A stretch of 64,000 bases of DNA from Psilocybe cubensis (Eukaryota): assembly GCA_017499595.2 (NCBI GenBank), contig CM038998.1, forward strand, positions 4,464,001 to 4,528,000. The letters are read 5' to 3'. Both the position numbers and the translations under genes were made by a program. A model generated the notes under the pieces. That model searched no databases. It was not told the origin of the DNA and saw only the letters and a list, made by a program, of their open reading frames with translations. Positions 12,278-25,300 of this stretch are shown piece after piece. Numbering within the stretch: the first letter of the stretch is position 1; every line of letters begins with the position of its first letter.

Positions 12278-13794
12278 ATGCCAACCGTAGAAGCTACTGA
12301 AAACACTAAAGTACTCGTTACGGGCGCCAACGGTTTTGTTGCAATGGGTATTATTCAGGAGCTTCTTCAACAAGGTTTCTCTGTCCGTGGATCCGTACGG
12401 TCTCATGAGAAAGGAATGCAGTTGAAAGAAATCTTTTCAACATACGGCGACAAGTTGGAGTACGTGATTGTAGATGATATCCTAAAGGCAAGGAGATCAG
12501 CCTTTTTGGCTTTCGTACATCCTCTAAGGTCGCAAAACTCAACAGGAAGGCGCCTTTGACGAAGCAGTCTTGGGTGTTAAAGCTGTACAGCACACAGCAT
12601 CCCCGGTTCCTGGGTATTTTCCCGACGAGGATCCTTTGGAAGGTAATTACCTACGGATTTTAGTTTTGTCGTCAATTTTGTCAAACAAAATTCAATCAGT
12701 GTACATCAAACCGGCTGTCCGGGGTACACTCAGTATTCTGAAAAGCATTTTAAAAAATGGGCAAGTTGTTTCTTCTATTTTATCGCCTTCGTTAAATCAT
12801 TGATTCTGCAGTACAAATGTTAAACGTGTTGTTTTTACATCTTCCCTAGTGGCCCACATGCGACCGTTCAATGGTCCTACAGTTCTCGATGAGAATGATT
12901 GGGGTGACGAATATGTCAAAATTGTGGAAGAACGAGGAAAGGAAGCGGCTATCATGGACAAATATTCCGCTTCAAAGACGCTATCCGAACGAGGTAGGCC
13001 ACATTGATACACCAGAATATATTCGATCGGCTACTCAAAGTATCAACTCAAGCCGCCTGGGACTTCTATGAGCAACACAAGAAAGGAGTTGAATGGGACC
13101 TTGTCGTGATCAGTCCTTCTCACGTAAGTTTCTATTTAATCAACTAATGGACTCCTCATTTATTGTTTCGTAGGTCTTTGGTGTACGAGTTATTCTAGCA
13201 CTCTGGAACCTAACTCAATCTGACTGACCTATGTTTAGCCTCTAAACCAAAACTTCAAGACTGCAGATGAAGTGACTCGATCAGTCCATTATTGGTACGA
13301 ATATATGTTTGAAGAGCAACCTGCAGAAATTCTCAAGGCGACGACAACCTATGTCGACGTCCGAGATATAGCAGCTGCTCATGTGGAAGCGCTAAAGAAG
13401 GAAGCTGCTGCGGGTCAGAGAATCTTAGTGTCAGCAGGCAGGTGTCCTTTTTCTTCACTTCCGATAAGTGCCTTGACATGTGATGATAGGGTGTACAACT
13501 TGGCAAGATATGAGTGCGTATATTATCACAATTTCTTTTGTTGCAACTTGTCGGTCCCTGACGTACGATTCTCACGACGTTTTTCCGACTCCAGGACAGT
13601 TCTTCCTTACTCACAAACCCGAATATTTTGCCAAGGGAATCCTGAAGGCGCCGCTCCCAGACCTGAAGGCTGAGGTGATGTTCACCATTAATTCACGAAA
13701 AGCACAAGACATACTCGGGATCAAGTACCGAAGCTTTGAGGAAACCATGTTGAGCATGTTAGCTGAGTTTGAGAAGAGATGCTTCTTTGACTAA
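12278..13794 (+). CDS. GRE2/Ari1-like NAD(P)-dependent reductase, copy 2
   Basis: VLVTGANGFVA, KYSASK, YVDVRDIA. The reading frame is intact if three GC-AG introns are used. Confidence 0.9.
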
Positions 13795-14125
13795 GACCGC
13801 TGAGGTGGTTCGTGATATATAGCGTGGCAATTGTCAGGATCGGGCACTTGGATGAATACTAAATAACTTGTATCACAATCAATTTGTTAGCATGTAATTT
13901 GCGAAGCCGCTACTGAGCTGTGTGACATCATTGCCATCATCGTAGCATGGGCGCCTAACGACATATGAAGGATAGAAGTGGGATGAGAAACTCCAGTACG
14001 ACTTTCTGGGTATTTTATTGAGGTTTCGTTAAACCCCTGTAGCGCTGTAACCATCGACGGGCAGATTTAAGAGGGTTTCCTGTGCAAAAGAATTTTGGTC
14101 AATCATGTTATAAGCGCCTTCTAAA

Positions 14126-14615
14126 CTAACCTCCTTCTTGATCCGGGTCCGAGTCAACGCATGTTGCATATCCAACAGCCAGAAGGGCAAAACCTACGCT
14201 GAATGAAATAGAAACAGGCTTTGGCATGTTCCCCCAGATAAATATCACAGTACCGAAAGTGATTGTGACAAACGAGAGGGAAAGGATGAAATCTGCAATT
14301 CCGGTATTCTCCTGCGGTCGGCGTAGAGCGGCGACGGAGAGAGCAAACAGAAAGCCGAGGAAGAAGAGTGAATTAACAATGTCATCAGTTTTGCTATGCA
14401 GTGCTCCGTTGCCCCCGGCGTCTCTCTCGGCGTATACATCACGCGCGTAAGACAGCAGACCTATCGCTGTCGCCCCAAGAAAAGCTGCCTGGAGATACAG
14501 AGGTAAGATGAGCTTGATATGTATATATGTCATAACAGACCGGATGGTTGGGAAATTTGTGAAAACTTACTAGGGTGCGAACGGAGTGGTTCTTACTCTC
14601 CTCTAGTCCTTCCAT
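14126..14615 (-). CDS. Small multi-pass membrane hypothetical protein
   Basis: MEGLEESKNHSVRTL, then an intron (GTAAGT..CAG), then AAFLGATAIGLL... with about four hydrophobic segments. Confidence 0.5.
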
Positions 14616-15626
14616 CAAATTGCGTCGGGGGATCACCCAAGCTTTATTAAGACACGAAGGGAGTACGGGTCTCTAATCTATCGGGGTACCAACTATATAT
14701 ATTGCGGCCAGGGGGATAGCAGGGCCTAACTAAAAATATCAGGAACAGAGGCTGTATCAACTTCGCGACTTTCCAAAGGGGGTGAGTATTCTGTCAGCGG
14801 CTAGGCACAGCTATCCGTGTACTATGGTGCCGCTACAGTACGTATATGTATTGACAATGGCACAATGTCATGCTCATTGTCTCTGGTACCCACTCTTAGT
14901 TATTCTGCTGACTGCCTCGAGAACTTTACTGGAATCGATGGAGAGACCTGAAAAGGTGCGCCAAAGTTCTCTGAATCCACTTCGAAAGACAGCTAATGAA
15001 TTCAACCAGCTATCCCGTCACCGTAAGGGCGACCTGCAGGATATGTGCCAATGGGCAAAGTTGGTGGAAATGATGCTTATTTAGATATGCCTTCTAATCC
15101 TCACCCCCCTACCACCATAGGCCTTGGGCGTTGGACGACCACGATGTGGGTAACGCATATACATTCTGCCAAAAGTGTTAGAATTCGTGTTGATGCTAGT
15201 TTAAATGTTCTCATAACCTAGGCTCAAAGAAACTTACACGATATGTACTCTCAGGTATGTAGTTGTGTCTCTAGTCAGCATTCTGAGTCTGAATTTAAAT
15301 TGGCGCCCGTAGAACCAGACGCAGACCATGCACTTTAACTGTCGAAAGTGCGTGTACTCGTGTACCAGTATTTCCGATGTTTAACAATGATTGGTTCTCC
15401 CTTAGGGACTGTGTAGCGTCTTGCGTTGGTACTTTTCCTTTGCACCATGTCCAGCTGCTACTGAGGAAATTCTGACGAACTAGTTGGCGCGCGCATTTCG
15501 AAATGATGACTGTAATGTGGTCATAGCTTCGCAAGATGGCCGACGTGAAGTACACACAAACTGATTTCCCGCTAATTACGGTTATCGCACTCACTTCAAC
15601 TCCAGATATATCACAAAAGGGAAGAA

Positions 15627-16711
15627 GTGGCTTCTAAGACTACATTGCGTGACGTAGATACGAACGGCCAACGAAACAGTGGGCGCTTTCGGCAATTGGC
15701 GGATCTCGAGAAACATGCTATCGTACATCCTCGAAACGTTAAGGTCTTCATAGGTGGGGTTGAATATGAACGTGTTGTTTTTAAGGTATCACAAGCGCAA
15801 ATCAGCGGAGACGACACAATGATATTGAAATATTATCAATTTATAGGACCCTGCGAGCAGGACGAAAGGATCAGCCATCTTCTATTCGAACCACAACAGT
15901 GACACTCCGTACCAAATTCTTACCTATGATGTTGGGATTGTGGTGGAGTATCGATTGGTATCTTTCAGAGACAAAAATCTACCCACACAGGCAAACGCGA
16001 GTTCTTGAGGATTAGTACTAAAATTGACAGTGTTTGTCCAGTTGTTTCTACGTCTTTCGCAAGCGATTCTGATGGCCCATGAGCGCAACATCGTGCTGGG
16101 CGGGGATCTTAATCTGGTAATTTTCCTTTTTTTCTGTCTTTCTTGGATTGACTTTTTGGGGGTAGGGGAATATTGAGTACGACGTGTCGAAGGGTAACGA
16201 CGGTCTCCCATATGTAACCTTCCGAAATTTGCCACCTCCGGTTGTTGTGCGGCAGGAGTTACAGCCATCTGCAGAGGTAAAGGTTCCAAACTTGGGTTCT
16301 CGGACTGAAGAGAGCACAAAAGAGTCAGATATATACAATGGAGTATGCACGTTCTTGCAGGTACGCCTGAACGACATGCCACTGAAATGTTACTTTTTTG
16401 AATAGACGTACTGGTAGATGATCGAGCACGTAGAGGAGATGGTTTACGTTCGAAGGCCAGTCGAGATCGAAGGAATAAAGGAGTTTGATTATTGCCCCAA
16501 TGAGCCTCAGAGTGGGGTGCCCTCCCTTCCGGACAAAGTCAGAATTCCTTTGGTGGTCCGGAGTAACAAGCGTTTGATGCGGATTGTAAATCGATGTCTG
16601 TCCTCTGAACCAGCTGATCGTCCAACTGCCTCGGCGCTCTGCCATATGCTGTTAGCCCTCTGCAGAATCACCATGATTCGTCAAGCCGGATGTAGTTTGG
16701 CAAAGTCGTGA
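15627..16711 (+). CDS. Divergent protein-kinase-like protein (probable pseudokinase); boundaries uncertain, may start near 14938
   Basis: Spliced AHERNIVLGGDLNL|GNI (subdomain VIb-like), TKESDIY (IX), RCLSSEPADRPTA (XI). No DFG seen. Confidence 0.55.
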
Positions 16712-17143
16712 GTCATCTCATTTGGCCCGCCCAGCATCCGGTTTCTGACAGTATATAGAGTTGTTTCCGGCATTCGGAGGCTTATTCCATAGGCTTAGAG
16801 TGCTTAGAGTCATAGGATACATATTTAGGTTCAAGTATCAGCTATAGAATCGGGTCAGTGAACTGCCAATAAATTGTGGATGTCAATCACCTCAAACATG
16901 GATATGACATTTATATCATCACTTTGAGAGAAAAAGACAAAATTCATGATCATTGCATGAGATTTCATAGATTTATGAGTCAACGGATCCGGAAGAGTTG
17001 AAGTTTGAAAATGAACGGTCCCGTATATGCTCGCGGAGCCGAAATAATTTGGATCGGAGATTTAAAAGCAACGTCAAATCTTCTGTGGCTCCCACAGTGC
17101 TGCTCATCGACAACGCCGCCCTCCTCAAGCACAAAAGATCAAA

Positions 17144-18497
17144 ATGGTAAGCCCAACGTCTGTCGCATCGAGGAGCTCGACCAGCTACGGTTCATCTGTC
17201 GAAAGAACGTCATGAAGGAATGCATTCTAGAGATGGATGGTGAGTCTTCACTTTGGATGACCTTTTGGATCATATTGCTAAATCAGCTTGTAATCGCAGA
17301 ATCGTATCAGCTATGAAAGTATTCAAGGCTTTGTCAAGTCTTGCTATAAATCTTTCGGAGACGCAGAGCTATTGTTAGCGATGAAGCGTCCACCATGCTG
17401 GGCCGTTGTAGCGTTTATCGCTTTACTGCGATGAACGTCTCAACTGGCGCTAGAGCTCCGAGGCGCAACTGTTATATTCCTTCGAGAATTGCGTTGCTGA
17501 CTTCGTCTCCATGACCAGCCTCCCAAAGCCAAAACCGGAACCGGCAAGAAGCCTGCTGCTGCCCCCTTCGGAGCCAGCAAGTCCACCAAGGCTAAGAAGA
17601 ACCCTCTCTTTGAGGCTAAGCCCCGCAACTTTGGTATTGGTATGTACTTTACCCTTATCCAGCCTTACATCTTTGATTTACCGTCTCATTTCAGGTCAGG
17701 ACATCCGCCCCCAGACTGATCTCACCCGCTTCGTGAAGTGGCCCGAGTATGTCCGCCTTCAGCGCCAGAAGGTTATCCTCCACCAGCGCCTGAAGGTCCC
17801 CCCTGCCATTGCGCAGTTCTCCCACACCCTCGACAAGAACACTGCCACCCAGTTGTTCAAGCTCCTCAACAAGTACCGCCCCGAGTCCAAGCAGGAGAAG
17901 AAGGCTCGTCTGTTGGCTGCCGCTTCCGCTGCTGCTGCGGACAAGGACAAGGATGCTAAGGTGTGTAGACTGAATATTTTCACGTCAATTAATTCTTAAT
18001 ATTATTTTATTCTCCAGGACTCCAAGAAGCCCCTCTATGTCAAGTATGGTCTCAACCACATTGTTGCCCTCATTGAAGCCAAGAAGGCCGCTCTCGTCGT
18101 CATTGCCCACGATGTTGACCCCATTGAGCTTGTTGTCTTCCTCCCTGCTCTCTGCCGCAAGATGGGTGTCCCCTATGTCATCGTCAAGGGCAAAGCCCGG
18201 CTCGGCACAGTAGTCCACAAAAAGACCTCCGCAGTTGTTGCCATCCAAGAGGTCAAGAGCGAGGACCAGCGTGAGCTCGCTACCCTCGTCAGCGCCGCCA
18301 AGGCCAACTTGTGAGTATTTGTATTACCTTGGTTTTGCCAGTTGACTAAAGCCTGTCAATCTAGTACCGACAAGTACGACGAGCAGCGCCGTCAATGGGG
18401 TGGAGGTGTCCGTGGCAACAAGTCCACTCAGATGCTCCGCAAGCGTGCCAAGGCCGCTGGCCAGACTATCACTGCTGCCACCGCTGGCAAGCTCTAA
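17144..18497 (+). CDS. RPL8: 60S ribosomal protein eL8 (L7a/L8)
   Basis: ATG, a 372-nt intron, then PPKAKTG... Motifs [50 protein letters not shown]. Strong codon bias. Confidence 0.97.
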
Positions 18498-18877
18498 GTA
18501 TCTTACATTTCTGTACTTTTTGCTTTCCGCAGGCATTTGTAATGCAGCACATGTGGATATTCAAAATTGCGCGTCGTTCACTTACCTGTCTCGCCGGTGC
18601 TCGCTTTATGTATACCAATAGTGATGGGCTTGTACACTCCAAGATGTTGTCAGGAATGGTGTGAAATGACATGATGACGGGTAGTTGACCAGTGTTTCGT
18701 TTTACTTTATAAGCTTTCTCTGAAAATGATCTACATTCAACCTGAGTGAACATAAGATAAATCGTCGTACTTAACTGAATGAGGATCGGTCACAAATTAG
18801 ATGGATTCATATATTGGAGTCGATCGGCTCCTTGAACTTAAACCACGACCACGACCACGACCACCCAACATTTCTAA

Positions 18878-19811
18878 ATGCCTTACTTTTCGCCATTTGA
18901 TCTCCCAGAGAGCATTCTGCTGTTAATCACGGACAGCCTGGCAGCTCCTGGTGATTTTGTCCTACACCGATGCCTTGCGAATCACCTCAAAGATAAGAAA
19001 ACACCTAGGGTGACAATACTTTCTGTTTCGGAAGGCATTGCAAAATGGAAAGCCCTCGCATCCAAGTCGGTACGCATTCAAAGATCCATAATTTGGATAA
19101 CACGCAAAAACTCAATTGACTATCTTCTGGTAGAACATCAATCTGCAACAACATCTGGATTCTGGCGCGCTCGAGTTTGTGGACGTTTTGGCTGATGTAC
19201 AGCCAAATGGATTCCAAAACAACGAAAACAACAGCGATTTGAAAATTATTGTTGAGAGAGTTCGGGGTTTTCTAGAGAGATCTAGTCGCGAACAGGGCGG
19301 GGACACGCAGCCTGCGATGGTGATCTTAGATGATATCACAATGCTTGAATGGATTGGGTTCCCTCTGATAGACGTTGCGCGATTCGCTCGAGCTCTGAGG
19401 GCGGTGTGTTCAAAGGTGCGTGTATATGCTTTTTACGTTATAATACTCGCCAATGGCATGCCTTCGTTTTTTTTTCAGGCAAACGCGACTCTTCTTGTCA
19501 GACATCACATATTGGCGCCCGATGAGCCTGATGATCTGTTCCGGCGGCTGCTCCAGATATGCACATATCACCTTGAAGTACGCGCGTTAGCCAGCGGGCG
19601 GAGCGGAAACGTTAGTGGGGAGGTCAGTATGGAGGAATGTGTTGGTTTAATCAGGAGCTAATGTTGGGATTTTTAGGTTGCGTTGCATCCAGGGTTTTCA
19701 GCTCCACCAAATACAATCAAGTTGGTTCCCCGTAGTGCTGCTCTGCAGTATCGCCTGACGGATGCAGGCCCGGACTTTTTCGCAAAGGGTACAAGTCAAG
19801 TTGTGTTGTAG
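18878..19811 (+). CDS. ELP6: Elongator complex subunit 6-like
   Basis: LLLITDSLAAPGDFVLHR, VILDDITMLEWIG, HLEVRALASGRSGNVSGE|VALH, LQYRLTD match the Elp6 RecA-like pattern. Confidence 0.75.
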
Positions 19812-21133
19812 GGGACTGGACTCAAAACAATGCCATTCAATGGCGGATGCCTATCAATGTGTATGTATGAAGACGATCAGAGTGCCTTTTGATCAGTTTC
19901 AGGGGATCGGCCACATCTAAAGGGCGTAGTTGTTGTCCAGAGGATGGATTCTTCCACAAGTCTGTCTTACGTATTCGGCGACCCTGTAGCATTTTGTGAC
20001 GAAGGCCAATAGTAACCTGGACACCTGAGCCACGAAAGTGACGAGGTGCTCACCGATCACCTCGACCCTCGTTTCACCCACATTCGCAAACAAACACGCA
20101 ACAAGTAGATTGGGTCGCAATGATGCCATGATACGATGCGAGATGCGATCGCAGTGATTGTCTTCCCGTTTAGCCCGCATTCGCGTTTGCAGACTCAAGA
20201 TGTTTCGCCACGAAACTTTGGTTGTAATGGTGCTTTGATTCGATGTGGAATGCGCATCGGATGCTGTCGCCTTGTTGATATCGTGCCATAGAAAGGTCAC
20301 TCCATCCAGCTTCGGTATCTCCAACTAGTCTAGCGGTAAGAAACTGGATGGTTGGGAGCTCTGTGGGCACTTGATTTCTAAGAACTCGCTTGCACCTTTC
20401 CATGTGCATGTAATCCCCGAACAGTCAAAGAACACTGCCGATGTGGGCTCAGGGACGACACGCAATAGCTCTTTGGCATTTTGGTTGTGCTTAATCTAGT
20501 TTGAAAGGCTTGAAGATGTGTCCTTGTTCGCCGGGGGGGTCGAGGTGATCCACTCGGATTTGTGTAGGCCACGGTGACCTAGGTGGTGCCTAATGGGTCT
20601 TGGTGCCTTACCCCACAGGCTGTCATATTGAGCACAGGATTTTTTGACAACGATGTCAGGACAGGACAGGACCTGGGTCCATGGCTATCCATGGATGTGC
20701 GCCACACATTGACCCTGTCACGGCGTCAATTATTCTTTCAAAACTCAGGAACGCGACGCAATCCCCGCAGTGAACTTTGTAAATACTGAGATACAAAGTC
20801 GATTTGACGAATCTTCAGCGATATTCTACAACATGATAGTAGACTATAACAAGAGCAATGTGGCATGATAACGTACTTTACACCAGGAGTGTTATTGACG
20901 CGTGTATAGTCAATACATCCTGGGACCCAAGATATCCTAAAACCCAAGATAAAGGACAGTTGATAATCACAATCAAGATCAGTATCTATGCGTGTATATG
21001 ACTGATACCATCTCCCGAAACCCAACAAAGATATAGAAAGAAAGAGAGCAGACAAAGGCGAGTGATCAACTCAGCGATCGACAAGTAACGCGAACGTTGG
21101 CATGTATGGCAGCCGATGTAGGGGTGTAAGTCA

Positions 21134-22344
21134 TTATATGGTCCTCTGGTAAAGTGCCGGGCCATAAGTAAACTGGACAGAAGAAGAAACTCAAAGTCGA
21201 ACTGACTTTGACTTTGACCCAGTTAACGACGACCTCCTTGATCCGTGAGTTCAATGACGCTTTGCAGTCGTCACAGGTGAGATGGTCTCCCAGCGCCTCG
21301 AAAGTGGTCTGCACTTTATGGATAGACAGATCTACAGCCCCGCGTGAGCCGCTAGGGGCCTCAGAAAGTAATAGACGCCGACCTACCAGGTCTCGAGTCC
21401 CAAGCAAGGTATGACGCCGCTAGCGCCCATGCTCGGCTAAGCTTTTTTTGCTCATCAAGGTCGCACTGTCGAGTTGCACCATGCGGATAAGGGGGCTGTA
21501 GTATGATGGTTTTGAGAGAGTCTATAATGTTCATATGCAGACACATTAGGCGCTTAAGGTACTTGGGCCCCATGCGTTTACAGGTTTCGTCGGTGAGGTT
21601 GGAGAGATTGTAGGATAGAAGGTGTGAGGAGCACTTCACTGCGAGCTCGTGGATGCCAAAGTGCCCTGCCAAGGAGTATATTTGGATTGGGTATATGGGT
21701 GCATGAGATAAAAGGAGATCGAATAAAGGGCTGGAAGATACAATATACAACTTGGGTATGAGCCCGTATGCCGGCATCCTGTTAATAGCAGTTTCGATGT
21801 CTTCGTACGATGGGTTATGCTTGGCACAAGAGAGACCATAGAGGGTGTGAACGATAATATTCAGCACAACCGCAGATTCAGGTATATCGATGATCGTGTC
21901 CCGAAATCTCTTGTCATCCAAGGAAAATCCAAGAAATTTATCGAAAGCGTTTTTCGAGGTTTTCAGTATAGTTTGCGAGTTGACATAAAATAGCACCGCG
22001 TCTGAAGATCGCAGGATAATATCGGAAACGGCATTATGCGAACCTGGGAAGAACGAGGATGAGATGGATAAAACCTCAGGCCGTGTCGGACAAGAGGGCT
22101 CTTCATCAGGCGGTGTAATGAGTTGTACTGGGGCAGGCTATACATACACTTCAACATAATAAAAGACATAGGATTCAAAAATTCATCTTACCATGGTGGA
22201 ATGGGGTGACAAGTTGAACAAAAAGTTGCCCAAGTCGCCCATATGCATCAGACCGGATCCCGTATGATACTGGCCACCATTACTGATGTAATTCGTGGAT
22301 TCTGGCTCCCATGTATTGATAAATCCGTCAAATGAGTTTTCCAT
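21134..22344 (-). CDS. BTB/POZ-like domain protein (agaricomycete-expanded family)
   Basis: DIILRSSDAVLFYV..., IPESAVVLNIIVHTLY, YSLAGHFGIHELAVKCSSHLL, LTCDDC, ending VKRTI*. Start could be as far up as 22452. Confidence 0.75.
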
Positions 22345-25300
22345 ATAGGGGCTTCGAGGTTGTGTAGAGGGTCTAGACCCAGGGACGTCACTTCGTCTTG
22401 TCCGTGTCAGATCAAGGTTAGATGCGAGCTGATTGGTAGATAGAAAATGCACACCGACCTCTTGTTACGGTGCTGCCGTGCTAAAAAGAGAATCTACCAC
22501 CAAAACTGCAGACGGTGCTCGAAACCTCGAAGTTGGATGAGTGGTATAGTGAAGTTGGGTCTTTGGGCAAAAGGACGTCGGTTTTTCTTGGCGTCAGAAA
22601 ACTTATTTGGTTGTTCTTTGGCGGTCTATAATTTTCCGGAGCATTCTATGATCCTCACTGTGACGCCTGCAAAGGAGCTGTTATTTTGTCAGAAACTCAA
22701 ATATGTCGGGAAGAATGACTGCAAAAAATCTTGGCATACGGGGACAATTCCAATCTTTATGCACAATCCGAATCATTTTATCAGGATCTGAAGCATCATT
22801 TTCGACGTCAGTGCAGGTGCCGTTCAACCGTTCACAATCTCTATGTCGTCGTTCTTTGATTTCGCCGTCGGTATGCCGGCATGGCTGTGGAGTGGTAAAA
22901 TGGAGACCTGTTATAGAGGACGGAATTTGAATTGGAAGTACTCATTGGATGCCTTCCTTGAATCCAGAGGCATGTCGAGCAATAGAGTTCCTTGGTGCCG
23001 AGTTTTAGCTTTCGGTTCTGCACAACAGCTGTTGACTGAACTTACCTTAAAATTAATTGAATTATGCGAAAGTCAGTTAGCCATCAATTTGCTGTTACTT
23101 ATGACTTATTAGCAGGCCTCATTTAACCTCCAGAATGATAAATGACAGGTATGAACATCCCAGCTTCGAAAAGACCAATATGTTACCACAACGCAGAAAA
23201 GTACTGGAGGATATTAGTCTCACGTCGAAGGGCAAACCTCATCAGGGATACTCACCTTCGACGGCGTCCTGAAAGATTTTTTAGCGACATGAATCGTAAT
23301 AATACGACGCAAAGGTTATGGAATGATGTGACCACCCCAGTCTAATTATTCTCAAGGATCCTGAGTGAGATATGTTAAAGGCTGTGAAGAGGCAATAAAG
23401 CCTCTGTATTGTTAGCTAACTTGCCACCGGCAACTGAGAAGACATCTTTGTATGTCTTTGGCTTTGAAGGGAAAGCTAGCCAAAGAAAGAGACAGAAGCC
23501 CGGAAAATTTAGAACGTTTGGGGACCTCATTGTCCTAGACTCGCACGAAAGGTTTACAGATCAGAATGAAGTTTTCCCAGTAGCGCAAGAATGATGAGCT
23601 GAGGAGTGGGAAGTGGACATCTTTAGACATCTGCCAGAAAAAACGGGGATTCGTCTAGTCAGCCTCCGTAAAGGATTCATGAATTCAAAGGCCCAATTGC
23701 AGGTTTTGTAACTTATGTTATCTCATTCTGAGTCAGTCTCCTAAATAAACGACGAACTTTCAGTAAACCCTAAGGTAATGATTATTTGGTTTCGCCTACT
23801 AGTAGTCGCCGCCATTTATGTATCGTCCTCGATTTTTGAACACGTATAACCATCACATAACCATAAAGCATCCGATGGCGTATCATGGAAAACAGAACAC
23901 CAAGTTTTGCACATTCGTTCTCAGGTATTGAACATAGCTTTACCGAGAGCGGTCTGGAAAAAAGTGGGTTGATTTAGGGTGGTTCGGAATGGTGGACGAT
24001 GGCAAGTTCCAACCAATAGAAATGTAGCGCGCTGATTGGCTACGTGATCCTTGATGAGATTCGCAAGGTCGCTATTTCGGGAGATCCGTCCACCAATCAG
24101 GGGCTATGAATCATGTTCTCGGAATATGTCAAACAGTTCTTTGACAATTCTCAAAGCTTTTCTACGAAGATAGAAAGGAAAAAGAGCATTTTTATCTTTC
24201 ATCATCATACAAGGCAGTACTCCAAGTCAACCAATAAGTAAGTTAAATTGCACCATCTAAGCTTCCAGGCACTCTGTTAGGGGTAGAACAACTGTTCAAA
24301 GTTCAACTCGCATTAAGTGGGCAATCCAAGGACAATCAACCAATCGATGGGTCTGATCCGCCCGACCAACTTGACCTGTAGAATGAAGTCATAAATCAGT
24401 AATTGTTATATTATTTGTTTACATTACTTGGCTCCTCTCTTGAATCTACAGAATGTGTAGAGTGGAGCGTGGTCATCTTGAGAATTCCATCCAGGGATAA
24501 CAGTATAAATCATTCTTTGGTTTTAGATAGTATTTTTGAACATCGTGATAAGACCCGAAGGATAGCGTAGAATTTTTAACAGGTGCATAGAGGCTTCTCA
24601 GATACCTTAATCGGAGGACGTCGGAGAAATTCCTCGTGCGAGAGAGTCGAGATTTGTGTCCGACTGCCTGTCAAATGATTCCGATTCTTCACCTTATCAT
24701 AACGTCCTGCTCGCTGCTGTGTTCATTTACACTTCTATTAACTACCGCCTTTAGCTACCCAGTCACTTTAATTCCATTTACAAATTGGTCTCCATGGTGG
24801 GTACTGTTTTGCACACGGGAGTTGCCTTTTTACGACACTCCGATGGACGCGAACCGCCACTGTCACTTCGAGTGTCTGTGGGATGCAAGCCTACAAAATC
24901 AGCCAAAATTACCTCATCTTCGAGTAACGAAGTCGCCTCGTCGGATTTCTCGGCATTGATCATTAAAAGAAATGGAAGTAACATCATGGGTCAAGTGGTG
25001 GTAAGTACTTGCTTCGATTTTCTACAAGCCATAGTACTAGCCATATAGAGGCGACACCTAGTAATGGTCCTAGAAGTTTTCCCTCCGCGCTGGTAAAGCG
25101 TAACTACTCGGAAAACGAGTGGCTATTACAATTTCTGTCACTTAACCTGTTCAGAGATTTTCACTGGCCTCTGTGGCTTTCGGGCCGGCGTCTGTCAACA
25201 ATTGAGGGGCAGCTGAAGTACCGAAGCTGACATGATGAGAAACGAAAAGTTATGTTGCGTTTGCTCACCCACAACAAGAAATGCAGACCCTGAAATTCTC

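Noticed and set aside
18842..18864. (ACCACG)n microsatellite before ELP6
   Set aside because: Under four units; an ordinary short tandem repeat.
19917..20572. Possible small spliced gene on the minus strand
   Set aside because: No recognisable motif and no unambiguous exon chain.
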